From: Candidatus Latescibacterota bacterium
GTDB lineage: Bacteria; Latescibacterota; UBA2968; UBA8231
Assembly (NCBI GenBank): GCA_965219385.1
Contig: CBDCNM010000001.1
Span: 1,104,631 to 1,168,630, forward strand
Direction: 5' to 3'
Length of the DNA stretch: 64,000 nt
Shown: positions 50,904 to 62,300 of the stretch, one piece after another
Position numbering within the stretch: position 1 is the stretch's first letter
Layout: every line of letters starts with the position of its first letter
Made by a program: the position numbers and the translations under genes
The notes under the pieces: model-generated
The model's database searches: none
What the model saw: the letters and a program-made list of their open reading frames with translations, nothing else
What the model was told of the DNA's origin: nothing

Positions 50904-53900
50904 CTATACGGAGATTCCGGCCTTGAATCGCGCCAGCAATTTTTCGACCTCGCGCCGGACCTCGGCCGCCGTCCTCTCTTTGATTTCCTCGTACCCCCGG
51001 ATGCCGTCCGGCGCCTTGACAAGCCTTACAGCCAGGTTGTAGTTCCCCTCTTCCACGCCCTCCAGCACCTCTTCCACCAATCCCCGGTACCACCCGATTA
51101 GTTCCCGTTCCAGCCGGCGGCACGAGGTAAAACCGAACGGATCCAGGCCCGTGCCCCGCAATCCTTTCAGTCTGGCCAGTCCCTTGAGGAAAGGTCTGGA
51201 CCAGGGGCCCAGCTTCAACTTCCCCAACTTCAGCCACCGCAAGGCAGGTGGATTCAAGCGGTAGAATACCCTGGTACGCCCCTCGAAAAGTTCGTGCACG
51301 CGGCTTTCCATCCGGGGTCCGGTGGCCAGCCGGGCCACTTCGTACTCGTCCTTGTAGGCCATGAGTTTGTAAAGATGAAAAATGACCGCCCGGGTGAGTT
51401 GAAAGCCGCAGTCGGGAAAGCGCTGCTCGCGGTGCCACACCCGGCGAACCAGCTCGAGGTAGCGGCGGACATAAGCGCTGTCCTGGTACTCGCCCAGTTC
51501 GCAGAGCCGCACACTGAGCTGGCGTCGGCCTTCCTCGTCCAGCCGAATTTCGTTCAGGGCTTCCTCGTGCAGCTTCAGATGCTCGGGGTAACCAGCCAAC
51601 CGCTGCCGGTTGGCCTCTATGACTTCTCCGGGACCGGGCTCTCGGCGGCCCAGCACCTGCTCCAGCTTGCCCGGGTCGGCCACGGCCAGGCGTCCCCAGC
51701 GGAAGGCCTGGATGTTGTTCTGCACCCCTTTGCCGTTGAGTTCGATAGCCGTTTCAATGGACCTGGCTTCGAGGGGAATGGCACCGGCCTGATAGGCCGC
51801 ACCGAGGAGCAGCATATTGGCGTAGAGGATATCGGCAAAAAGCTTTTCGGCCAGCCAGTAGGTGTCCAGGTACACATTCTCGGTCTTGCGGGTACAGCTG
51901 TCGATCAGTTCTTTCAGGCGGGCGGGATCGGGAAATGAGTCTTCCTGGTGGCGGTTCATGCGCGCCGTGGGCACCTGGGTCGTGCTGATCAAAGCCACGC
52001 TGCGCTCCGGGGCCGCGTAGTTCAGATTCTGGGTTTCGGCCGCGCGCAACAGGTCGAATCCCAGGTAGAGATCGGCCGAGCCGGGAAACAGGCGATTGAA
52101 AACCGGCTGTGCCTGGGCGCTCAGCACGATAGGGGCTTCTACGGGGCCCCCCTTCTGCGCCAGGCCGGTATTGTTGGACAGGTACACGTACTTGCCCTCC
52201 ATCATGGCCGCATACGCCAGCAGATGGGAGATGGTGACCACCCCGGTGCCCCCGCGCCCCATGGCAAAGATGGTATACGCTTCTTTCAAGGGCTTCTTCC
52301 GGGGCTCGGGCAGGTCTTCGAGGGGCTCGGGCCGGCGGCGCCTCAATCCCGCACCCCGGGCCGGCTTCACGGTCGTAAAGGAAGGACATTCGCCGTCCAC
52401 ACACAGTTCATCCTGGGTGCAGTTGGCCTGGCGAATCTGGGTCTTGTCGCCGAATTCCGTGTCCACGCTGTAGAGAGCAGCGCAGCCCTCGGATTGCTGG
52501 TAGCAGTCTCCGCAGCCTTCGCAGATCTCTTCATGGATCAGGACATAGCGCTCCGGCGCCAGGCCCTGGCGTCTGCGCCTGCGGTTCTTCTCCGTGGCGC
52601 ATTCCTTGTCCAGGATGAGAACCGTGGTGCCCTGCACTTTTTTGAAGTGATCCAGGGCTTCGGCGTGGCCTTCCATGCCGTAGACCTTCACCTGGGGGTG
52701 ATTCAGCTCGCGGTAGCGCTCCGGCGCCTCGCTGACAATGCCCACCTGCTTGACGCCCGCGCCCAGGAGCTCCTGCACCACCTCCTCAACCGGGCGCTGG
52801 CCGCCGGGATTTTGTCCCCCGGTCAGCGCCACCACGCCGTTGTAGAGCAGCAGAAAGGTAATGTTCACCTCGGCCTGGACACAGCTTTGAATAGCGCCCC
52901 TGCCGCTGTGAAAATAACTGCCATCCCCCAGGTACTGAAAGATGTGCTGATTGCCGTTGAACTGGGCCCAGCCACTGTATATGGATCCCCCGGCACCCAT
53001 GGTGGGGATGTAGAGCACCCCATAGTCATAGGCTTCCATGGCGCGAATCGAACTGCATCCAATGGCCCCGCCGGGCTTTTCCTGGAGATCCCTGAAACTG
53101 TTGTAGGGACACCCTCCACAGGACATGGGGGAAACCGTCGGCACCTGGGGATACGGCCGGTTTTCCAGCCGCCCCAGAGAGGGTCTCGCCTTTTCTTTTA
53201 GGTTGGGCCACAACAGGCGGGCCAGCACCTCGGGGTCCACTTCGCCGTAGGCCGGCACAAACGGCTTGCCCTCCTCGTCGTACTGGCCCCATACCCCCTC
53301 TACCCCGCTGCCCAGGAGCGCAGCCTTGACCCCTTCTTCGACAAAAGGGCCGGGCTCCTCGACCACGTAGACCCGGCGCAGGTCGCGGGCGAACTGGCGG
53401 ATGATCCCGGTATCCAGTGGATAACTCACGGCCAAGTGCAACACCGGGACCTTCGCCCCTATGGCCTCCAGGGCCTGGCGCAGATCCGTGTAGCTCTTGC
53501 CCGTGGCCACGATGCCGATTTCGCCGCCCGCCTCCTGGTCCACGATGCGGTTGAGGCGGTTGAGGCGCACGTATTCCTCGACCAGGGGCCATTTGCGCTC
53601 CACCAGCTCCTGTTGCATGGGCAGGGCTCCGGTGGCCATTACGATCGGATTGAAACGCTTCTGGTAGGGCTTTCCCCCCTCTTCCTCGGGCAAAAGGATT
53701 GGGCCCCGGACCTTATCCAGGTCTACCGTGCTGGCGCCATCGCAGACGGGGGTGACCAGTTTCAGGGCCGCGACCACCCCGGTGTAGCGCGACAGGGCAA
53801 TGGCGTGTTTGCCCAGGTGGATGATCTCTTCGATGCTGGATGGGTAGAAAATCGGCACCATACTGCTGCGCAGGGCCCAGTCGCTGCTGCCCGGAGAGAC

Positions 53901-54335
53901 CGAACTTTTGGAACGGTGATCCTCCCCGGTGAGCAGGACCATGGCCCCGCGTTCGCCGCTGCCGGCCAGATTGGCCAGCCAGACCTCGTCCGGAATCCAC
54001 ATGGTGCCGTGGGCCTTGCCGTACCAGAACGCATCCACATCGCCGCTGGCGGCGTACTGAGTCCCGAGCATGGCCGAGGCCGCGGTTTTTTCATTGATGC
54101 CGAACTGGTGGACGGTGCGTCCCAGCTGGTTCAGCAAATCGAGTTGCTCGACAACCTTCAGGTCCAGACCGCCGAGGGGAGAGCCTTCGTACCCGGACAC
54201 GAAGGTCTGATTGACGTGTCCTTCCTGGTGGTCGCGGCGCTGTTTTTCCACCAGCAGGCGCACGATGGCCTCCATGCCGGTGAGAAAGACCGTACCCTCT
54301 TCCTGAAGGTATTTGTCCTGAGTGCTCAAATTCAT
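50904..54335 (-). CDS. Indolepyruvate:ferredoxin oxidoreductase family protein (fused alpha-beta, long form)
   Basis: FVSGYEGSPLGG, INE, CGGCP, GDGSYFHSG, MTGGQ-like ALTGGQ, ICEGCGDC, C..G.CPSF, GGTGVVT, GLAQKGG, KLMAYKDEYEVARL. Confidence 0.92.
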   Translation of the reverse strand: MNLSTQDKYLQEEGTVFLTGMEAIVRLLVEKQRRDHQEGHVNQTFVSGYEGSPLGGLDLKVVEQLDLLNQLGRTVHQFGINEKTAASAMLGTQYAASGDVDAFWYGKAHGTMWIPDEVWLANLAGSGERGAMVLLTGEDHRSKSSVSPGSSDWALRSSMVPIFYPSSIEEIIHLGKHAIALSRYTGVVAALKLVTPVCDGASTVDLDKVRGPILLPEEEGGKPYQKRFNPIVMATGALPMQQELVERKWPLVEEYVRLNRLNRIVDQEAGGEIGIVATGKSYTDLRQALEAIGAKVPVLHLAVSYPLDTGIIRQFARDLRRVYVVEEPGPFVEEGVKAALLGSGVEGVWGQYDEEGKPFVPAYGEVDPEVLARLLWPNLKEKARPSLGRLENRPYPQVPTVSPMSCGGCPYNSFRDLQEKPGGAIGCSSIRAMEAYDYGVLYIPTMGAGGSIYSGWAQFNGNQHIFQYLGDGSYFHSGRGAIQSCVQAEVNITFLLLYNGVVALTGGQNPGGQRPVEEVVQELLGAGVKQVGIVSEAPERYRELNHPQVKVYGMEGHAEALDHFKKVQGTTVLILDKECATEKNRRRRRQGLAPERYVLIHEEICEGCGDCYQQSEGCAALYSVDTEFGDKTQIRQANCTQDELCVDGECPSFTTVKPARGAGLRRRRPEPLEDLPEPRKKPLKEAYTIFAMGRGGTGVVTISHLLAYAAMMEGKYVYLSNNTGLAQKGGPVEAPIVLSAQAQPVFNRLFPGSADLYLGFDLLRAAETQNLNYAAPERSVALISTTQVPTARMNRHQEDSFPDPARLKELIDSCTRKTENVYLDTYWLAEKLFADILYANMLLLGAAYQAGAIPLEARSIETAIELNGKGVQNNIQAFRWGRLAVADPGKLEQVLGRREPGPGEVIEANRQRLAGYPEHLKLHEEALNEIRLDEEGRRQLSVRLCELGEYQDSAYVRRYLELVRRVWHREQRFPDCGFQLTRAVIFHLYKLMAYKDEYEVARLATGPRMESRVHELFEGRTRVFYRLNPPALRWLKLGKLKLGPWSRPFLKGLARLKGLRGTGLDPFGFTSCRRLERELIGWYRGLVEEVLEGVEEGNYNLAVRLVKAPDGIRGYEEIKERTAAEVRREVEKLLARFKAGISV

Positions 54336-54608
54336 ATCTACCAGGTAGTTATAAACAGAATTGATCAGGATAAAAAAATCATAATGAGTATACACTCCAG
54401 GCACAAAAGCCGCAAGACACCATCCTCATCCACCCAGGCGGACGGCCTGGCGGACGACGACATAACATGGTCAACTTGCTACCAGGTCATAAGTATACAT
54501 GTATTTAGTTGCGCTGGGAGGACGAGTGGCCTAGTGCGAACCGTAATTTAGTTCATCGGGTCCATTCACCTCAGCTACCCGGCCATCCTCTAGCAGGAGC
54601 AGACGACC

Positions 54609-56270
54609 ATGCACCGCGTTAAGAGTTGCATTGCCCTGGGATTGATCTACCTGGGCCTGGGCCTGTCGGCCGGGGGGGCGCAGACCGACCCTGCCCCGGA
54701 GGAAGTTGTGAGGGTGCCGGATCCCAGGCTGCGGGCGGTGCTGGAGCGTCGGCTCGGCCCACCGATCACTGCTGTCGCATTGGCGCGGTTGACCGTCCTG
54801 GAGGCACCGAATGCGGGCATTGTCGCGTTGACCGGGTTGGAATTTGCCACCGGACTGACCCGGCTGGATCTGGGGGTGGACTCCACGGGGTACAATCACA
54901 ACGCCATCTCCGACCTGGCGCCCCTGGCCGGCCTGACCGGCCTGACCTCTCTGCATCTGGAGCGCAACGACATCTCCGACCTGGCGCCCCTGGCCGACCT
55001 GACCGGCCTGACCTCTCTGCATCTGGAGCGCAACGACATCTCAGAGGTGGCGCCCCTGGCCGGCCTGACCGGCCTGACCTCTCTGGATCTGGAGCGCAAC
55101 GACATCTCCGACCTGACGCCCCTGGCCGGCCTGACCGGCCTGACCTCTCTGCATCTTTCGGACAACGACATCTCGGATGTGGCGCCGCTGTCGGGCTTGA
55201 CCGGCCTGACCTCTCTGCATCTGGAGCGCAACGACATCTCAGAGGTGGCGCCCCTGGCCGGCCTGACCGGCCTGACCCATCTATATCTTAGAGGCAACGC
55301 GCTCACGGAGGTGTCGGGGCTGGCCGGCCTGACCAACCTGACTCGGCTGAGTCTTAGCTACAACGACATCTCGGATGTGTCGGGGCTGGCTGGCCTGACC
55401 GGCCTGACCGTGCTGTATCTTAGGAACAACGACCTCTCGGATGTGGCGCCCCTGGCCGGCCTGACCGGCCTGACCTCTCTGCATCTTTCGGACAACGACA
55501 TCTCGGATGTGGCGCCGCTGTCGGGCTTGACCGGCCTGACCCGGCTGGATCTTTCGGACAACGACATCTCGGATGTGGCGCCGCTGTCGGATCTGACCGG
55601 CCTGACCCGGCTGGATCTTTCGGACAACAACATCTCGGATGTGGCGCCGCTGTCGGATCTGACCGGCCTGATCTCTCTGCATCTGGAGCACAACTGGGTG
55701 GTGGATGTGTCGCCGCTGTCGGGCTTGACCGGCCTGCGCAATCTGTATATCGACCGGGATGTGGATGTGTCGCCGCTGTCGGGGCTGACCGGCCTGACCG
55801 TGCATTTTATGCTCCCGCCTATCCGGTATCCCCAGCTGGGTTCGCTCAGTGATCTGGTCGAGGCGTACGAGGACGCGCTCGCGGCGGGGCGCGTGACGAG
55901 CGCTGTCGTTCCCGTTTCCGGGGGCTGCCCCAGGACTATTCTCCCTGGGGCTTTCCTTACATGGGACCCGTCCAAGCCGGCCCCGTCGATTTATGTGAAC
56001 ATTGGAATCTACACGATAGAGAGCGTTGACGTGGTTGTCCGCTTTCTTGCAGACCACGGCATCTCCATCCCCCCGCGCCGCATCTGGAAGGACGAGGACG
56101 CCTACCCTCCGGGGCTGATTGGGGCTTGTGTGCCCGTGCCGCTGCTGGTGCCCCTGTCCGAACTGCCCGGCGTCAGCAGCAGAATCAGGAAGGTGTATCC
56201 ACCCGTGCTCCTCGCTCCCGCTGTAATTGAAGAGGAATCCTGGGGTGCGATAAAGAATCGTTTCAAGTAG
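54609..56270 (+). CDS. Secreted internalin-like LRR protein with propeptide-like C-domain and SWGAIK terminal motif
   Basis: Signal peptide, VPDPRLRA LRR N-cap, 13-14 22-aa LRRs, C-domain homologous to the pre-protease domain of the next gene. Confidence 0.9.
   Translation: MHRVKSCIALGLIYLGLGLSAGGAQTDPAPEEVVRVPDPRLRAVLERRLGPPITAVALARLTVLEAPNAGIVALTGLEFATGLTRLDLGVDSTGYNHNAISDLAPLAGLTGLTSLHLERNDISDLAPLADLTGLTSLHLERNDISEVAPLAGLTGLTSLDLERNDISDLTPLAGLTGLTSLHLSDNDISDVAPLSGLTGLTSLHLERNDISEVAPLAGLTGLTHLYLRGNALTEVSGLAGLTNLTRLSLSYNDISDVSGLAGLTGLTVLYLRNNDLSDVAPLAGLTGLTSLHLSDNDISDVAPLSGLTGLTRLDLSDNDISDVAPLSDLTGLTRLDLSDNNISDVAPLSDLTGLISLHLEHNWVVDVSPLSGLTGLRNLYIDRDVDVSPLSGLTGLTVHFMLPPIRYPQLGSLSDLVEAYEDALAAGRVTSAVVPVSGGCPRTILPGAFLTWDPSKPAPSIYVNIGIYTIESVDVVVRFLADHGISIPPRRIWKDEDAYPPGLIGACVPVPLLVPLSELPGVSSRIRKVYPPVLLAPAVIEEESWGAIKNRFK
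54900..55800 (+). repeat. 66-bp tandem LRR-coding repeat array (about 13-14 units)
   Basis: Recurring CTGACCGGCCTGACC...AACGACATCTC units; several are nearly identical at the DNA level. Confidence 0.92.
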
Positions 56271-56359
56271 GGCGGCCGTAGCTATGCCATATTCTACCAT
56301 TGTTCAGCGGGTCCATTCCCCTCGGATCGCCCGCCAACTTCTATCAGGAGCAGACGACC

Positions 56360-59300
56360 ATGCCCAGTGTTAGGACTTTCGTTGCCTTGGGATTGATCTA
56401 CCTGGGCCTGTCGGCCGGGTGGGCGCAGACCGACCCTTCCCCAGCGGTCGTGACCGTGCCGGACGCCCGGCTACGGGCGGTGCTGGAGGATAGCCTCGGT
56501 CTGGCGGAGGGGGCGTCCATCACCGCGGTGGCGTTGGCGCGGTTGACCGTCCTGGAGGCGCCGGATGCGAGCATCGTCGCGTTGACCGGGTTGGAATTTG
56601 CCACCGGGCTGACCCGGCTGGATCTGGGGCCGGGCCCCGGGAGATGGCCCTGGGAAAACAGCAACGCCATCTCCGACCTGGCGCCGCTGTCGGGCTTGAC
56701 CGGCCTGACGTGGCTGAGTCTGTCGGGCAACGCGGTGGTGGATGTGTCGTCGCTGTCGGGCTTGACCGGCCTGACCTATCTGAATCTTGAGGACAACCCC
56801 ATCTCGGAGGTGTCGTCGCTGTCGGGCTTGACCAACCTGACCGATTTGTATCTGGCGCTCACCCCGCTGTCGGAGGCGTCGTCGCTGTCGGGTCTGACCG
56901 GCCTGACCGTGCATGGTCTGCCCTGGCCGTACCGGTATCCCAAGCTGGGTTCGCTCAGTGATCTGGTCGAGGCCTACGAGGACGCACGCCCGACAGGGCG
57001 CTCGGGAGCCAGAAGCCCGGCGCCGCCGGCCCCCTCCGTCCGGGTGAAAATTCAAACCGACACGCGGTCGCGCGTTGACGCGGTCGCCCGCTTTCTTGAG
57101 GACCAGGGCATCGCCGCGGACACCTGGCAGGGCGATAGCGCAAGCGTCATTCAGGGGCTGCTTTGGGCTCGGGTGCCCGTGTCGCTGCTGGTGCGCCTGT
57201 CCGAACAAGCCGGTGTCCTCAGCGTCGAGAAGGTGTATCCGTCCATCCCTCTGCAGAACAACGGCTCCTCCGAGGGGGCGTCATCGAGAACGCCCGACAA
57301 GGCGCACGGGGCAGCGGCGTGGCGCAATGCCGGCATCGAGGGCGCAGGTATCCGCGTGGGGGTGATCGACGGAGGCTTCCAAGGCTTCAGTGACAGGTTG
57401 ATTTCCATGGTGGACACGGTCCGGGCGCGATGCTACGCCGGTGAGGGTGCGACTCCAACAACCATCGTTTTAGAAGACTGCGAAACTAGTGATTGTGCGA
57501 CCGCGCTCCAGAATTCCAGCTGCGAAAATGACACTACCCACGGCACCGATGTCACGGAGGCCCTGCTCGGTATCGCGCCAAAGGTGTCTCTTTACATAGC
57601 GAATCCAAAAAGAAATACAATGAGAGACGCCGTTACCTGGATGATCGGTGAGGGGGTCCAGGTCATCAATCATTCAAGAGGCATGCTATGGGACGGGCCG
57701 GGCGACGGGACATCGCCGGCTCCGAAAAGCCCGCTGAAATCGGTGGACGCCGCCGTGGAGGCCGGAATTATCTGGGTCAATGGGGCGGGAAATGATGCGA
57801 AGCGCACGTGGTTTTCAAGATCATTAGTCTTCAATGCGGATGACTACCTGATGTTTGATGGTACCAATGCCAAGGGCAACGAGGTCTTCTTGCCATCAGG
57901 TCAGGAATACACATTTCAGTTGCGCTGGCAGGACACGTGGCCTGGTGCGAACCGTAATTTAGACCTCTATCTTTATGGTAAGGACCACGAGAGGGTCATG
58001 TCTATGGTGGCGCAATCAGTAGAGCCCCAGAATGGAGGGATGATGCATACTCCATTGGAGGTCTTAGAATACACCCCCACAACGCCCTTCTTTAGTTATT
58101 GCTTGAGCGTAAAAAAACTCGATCCGGAGGACGACAATCCGGAGTGGGTTCAGTTGCAAGTGTTCTCGACCATGGTCGACTCCCTGAAGCATAACACGGG
58201 GGCCGGCAGCATTAGCAATCCGGCGGAGAGCAACAACCCGGGCCTGCTGGCCGTCGGTGCCGCCGACTTGTCCGTTCCCCCCATGATCGAAAGCTACAGC
58301 TCTCGCGGCCCCACCCCCGAAGATAACCGCACCAAGCCGGACCTGGTCGGCGCCGTTGACCAATTGTCCGGAACGAGCTATGCCGCGCCGCGCGTGGCCG
58401 GGCTGGCCGCGCTTGTTATCCAGCACATGGACGGCGACCCCAGCTACGACTCCCCGGACAAGATTGCCACGTACCTGAAAAACAACACCCTTGATCGAGA
58501 CGGCGACGGCGTCGCCGACGATCCGGACAACATCTGGGGGCACGGCTTTGCCCAACTTCCCGAACTGCTGGCCGCACCGGGCGGGCTGACCGCCGAGGCG
58601 GTGAGTGGAGAAGGGGAAGGGATCCGTGTCGGTTGGAACGCCGTGGCGTCGACGAGCCCAGAGGTGACGGGGTACCGGCTGGAGTTCCAGCAGGCCCAGG
58701 TCGGGACGGAGGATTCGGAGGGTTGGTCGGACTATGCCTTGCTGGCCACGATCACCAACGGGAGCACCACCTACACCCAGACCGTCGACGCGATGGGCCT
58801 CCCCTTGTATACGGGCTACCGCTACCGCTACCGGGTGCGGGCGCGCCCCGCAGGGGAGTGGTCGGCGGATTTTCCCGAAAACGGGGTGATTCCCCTACCG
58901 GGCTTGCTGAGCGGCGTGCGGGTGGAAGTGGTCAATGGCCAAGCAAAGACGATTTGGGACTGCCCGTTGGCCAAGTGTGACCCGTCGCCCGGCGAGCCGC
59001 TCCCGCCGCTCGACGTGGAGTATCAGAGGAAGACCGGGGACCTGGATTGGGGGCTGTGGCAGCCCGTGTCCACCACTGGGTTGAGCACGGACGCACCGGC
59101 CAGAGGCGCAAGGGGGTCGGCCGGGGCCTCGGGTGGGTCGCTTCCCACGTCGTATACGGTGCCGGTGGCGGAGCTGGACAGCACGGTGACGTACCAGTTC
59201 CGGGTGCGGCTGGTCAACGCAGATGGGCAGGCGAGGGCGGCGTCGAAGGCGGTGGCGGTGGTGCCCTTGGAGGTGCAAGGGGCGGATGGGCAGGCGAGGT

Positions 59301-62300
59301 TGAGTTGGACCGATCCGGGCTACGCCCTCATCACGCAGTGGCAGTATCGCACCAGGGCGGGGGCCGCCGCGTGGGAGGAGTGGGAGAATATAACCCCTGG
59401 CGGGGGAGCCACGACGTCGTATACGTATACGGTGCCGAATCTGACCAACGGGGTGGGCTACCAGTTTCAGATGCAGGCGATGGAGGGGACGGCGCCAAGG
59501 GTCGTCTCCTTCATCGTGGCGGCCACGCCGGGGCGGGCGCCGGATCCGGTTCGGCACCTGCACGCGGCGGCGGGGAATGGGCAGGTGACGCTTTCCTGGA
59601 GGGCGCCGGGGTCGGATGGGGGCCTGGCGCTGACGGGGTATGAGTATCGTCAGAGCGCCAACTCAGGGCGCACCTGGCCGCCGGACTGGACGGCGGTGGC
59701 GCCGCCGCTGGCGACGAGCCTGACGCGGACGGGCTTGGAGAGTTGCACGTTCTACACCTTCGAGGTGCGGGCGCGCAACCCGGCCGGTCCGGGCGACGCG
59801 CGGCGCGTTTCGGTGCCGCGGCCGTATTGGTCCGGTTCGCTGGCGGCGGATACGACGTGGAGCGGCCGGGTCTGTGTGGACGGGGACGTGACCATCCCGG
59901 CGGGGGTGACGTTGACTCTGGCGGCGGAAACGGAGATGGCGTTCCATCCGGGGGGGGATGCCACGGGCGGGGGGGACGACCCCGCCCGCCCGGAGCTGAT
60001 CGTGGCGGGGACGCTGAGCGCCGGCACCGGGGTCACCTTCCGGTCCGTCGATATCAACTTCCCGTCCACCTCCGATTGGTCCGGCATCCGGGTGGACAGC
60101 GGGGGTAGTGCCGATCTGAGCGGGGCCACGGTCCGGGACGGGGCTCGCTGTGTGCAGGCCCATACGTCGGGTACGGTGACGCTGACGAACACCACCTTGA
60201 GCCCCTGCGGCCAGTCGGTGTCGTTGAGTTCCCGGAGGTCGCAGGTGGGGGTGGGGCTGACGGCTACGTTGGAAGGCGAGACGGAGGCGGTGAGCGCTGC
60301 GCGCTGGCAGTGGCAGGGGCGCAATGACCGCGATAGTGCGCCGGCCTGGGCGGATCTGGCCGGCGCATCGCAGTTGGTTAGCTACACGCCGGTGGCCGCG
60401 GACATCGGTCATCGGTTGCGGGCGACGGTGCGATACGGGCCCGGTTCGAGCAGCTATTCCAACTACGCCCAGAGTGCGGCGACCCGGGTGGTGCAGGGGC
60501 CGCCGCCGACGGGTTTTGCGGTGTGGCCGGACCATGAGGCGGTGTTGCTGCTCTGGGACGATTCCGCCGAGGCGCCGATTACCCATTGGCACTACGGGGT
60601 GAAAGAGGGCACGGAGTACGCCTGGACGGAGGTGGCCAATAGTGAGGTCCCTGCCACCGAGTATGGCGGTCGTATGATCCGGTATCACCGGATAGGCGGC
60701 CTGAGCAATACCGTAGAATATCGCTTCAAGCTTCGGGCGCAAATGGATGCGGGGCTGGGGGCGTCTACGGAGGCCGTGCGGGCGACCCCGGTCCAGCCGC
60801 AGGTCGCCTATGGGGCCTCGAGCTACGAGGCGCGGGAAGGGGGCGCGGCGGTAGAGGTGGGGGTGGCCTTGTCGGCCCAGACGACCCGGGCGGTGCGCCT
60901 TCCGCTGACGGTGACGGCGGATTCGGGCACGGAGGCGGGCGATTACACGGTGGAGGGGCTGAGTGCGGGGGCGGCGGGCGCTTACACGGTGTCGTTTACC
61001 CTTGGCCAGTCCACCCAGACCTTTACGCTCAGGGCCAACGCAGACGAGGACGAGGACGATGAGACGGTGAGCCTGGGGTTGGGGACGCTGCCTTCGGGGG
61101 TGCGTGCGGGTACGCCGGCAAGGGCGACGGTGACCCTGCGGGACATTGACGTCAACGAGCCGCCGGTAATCACGGGCGGGCCCACGGCGGTGTCGTTTGC
61201 CGAGAACGGCACGGACTCGGTGGCCACCTATCGGGCGACCGATCCGGAGGGGGCCGCGATCCGGTGGGCGTGGGCGGGCCCGGATGCGAGTGCGTTTACA
61301 ATGCGGGGAGACAGCCTCTACTTTTTTGCGCGGGCGCCCGACTACGAGAATCCGACCGACGCTGACCAGGACACGGTCTACCAGGTGACGGTGACGGCCA
61401 GCGACGGGTCGTTGTCGTCGGACCCGGTCGAGGTGTCGGTGACGGTGACCAATGTTAATGAGCCGCCGCAGATTGAGGGGCCCACGGCGGTGTCGTTTGC
61501 CGAGAACGGCACGGACTCGGTGGCCACCTATAGGGCGACCGATCCGGAGGGGGCCGCGATCCGGTGGGCGTGGGCGGGCCCGGATGCGAGTGCGTTTACA
61601 ATGCGGGGAGACAGCCTCTACTTTGCGCCGGCGCCGGACTACGAGAATCCGACCGACGCTGACCAGGACACGGTCTACCAGGTGAGGGTGACGGCCAGCG
61701 ACGGGTCGTTGTCGTCGGACCCGGTCGAGGTCCGGGTGACGGTGACCAATGTTAATGAGCCGCCGCAGATTGAGGGGCCCACCGTGGTGTCGTTTGCCGA
61801 GAACGGCACGGACTCGGTGGCTACCTATCGGGCGACCGATCCGGAGGGGGCCGCGATCCGGTGGGCGTGGGCGGGCCCGGATGCGAGTGCGTTTACGATG
61901 CGGGGGGACAGCCTCTACTTTGCGCCGGTGCCGGACTACGAGAATCCGACCGACGCCGACCAGGACACGGTCTACCAGGTGAGGGTAACGGCCAGCGACG
62001 GGGCGCTGTCGTCGGACCCGGTCGAGGTGTCGGTGCGGGTGACCGACGTGGAGGAGCCCGGCACGGTGACGCTGTCGTCGAGCCAGCCGCAGGTGGGCAC
62101 GGCGGTGACGGCGACCTTGAGCGACCCGGACGGCGGGGTGCGCGGTACCCTGTGGCAGTGGCAGGCGAGCAACACGTCGCCGGCCTCTTGGTTGAATCGG
62201 GGCTCGCCCGGTGCGTCCAGCAGCTACACGCCGCCGGACGCGGACGTGGGCTACGTGCTTCGGGCCCGGGCCCGCTACACCGACGTCCATGGTTCGCAGC

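Noticed and set aside
54900..55800. Possible CRISPR array
   Set aside because: Units are contiguous in-frame 66-bp LRR codons with no unique spacers; no cas genes
54609..57250. Diversity-generating retroelement TR/VR pair
   Set aside because: Differences between the paralogous segments are not adenine-specific and no reverse transcriptase is in the window
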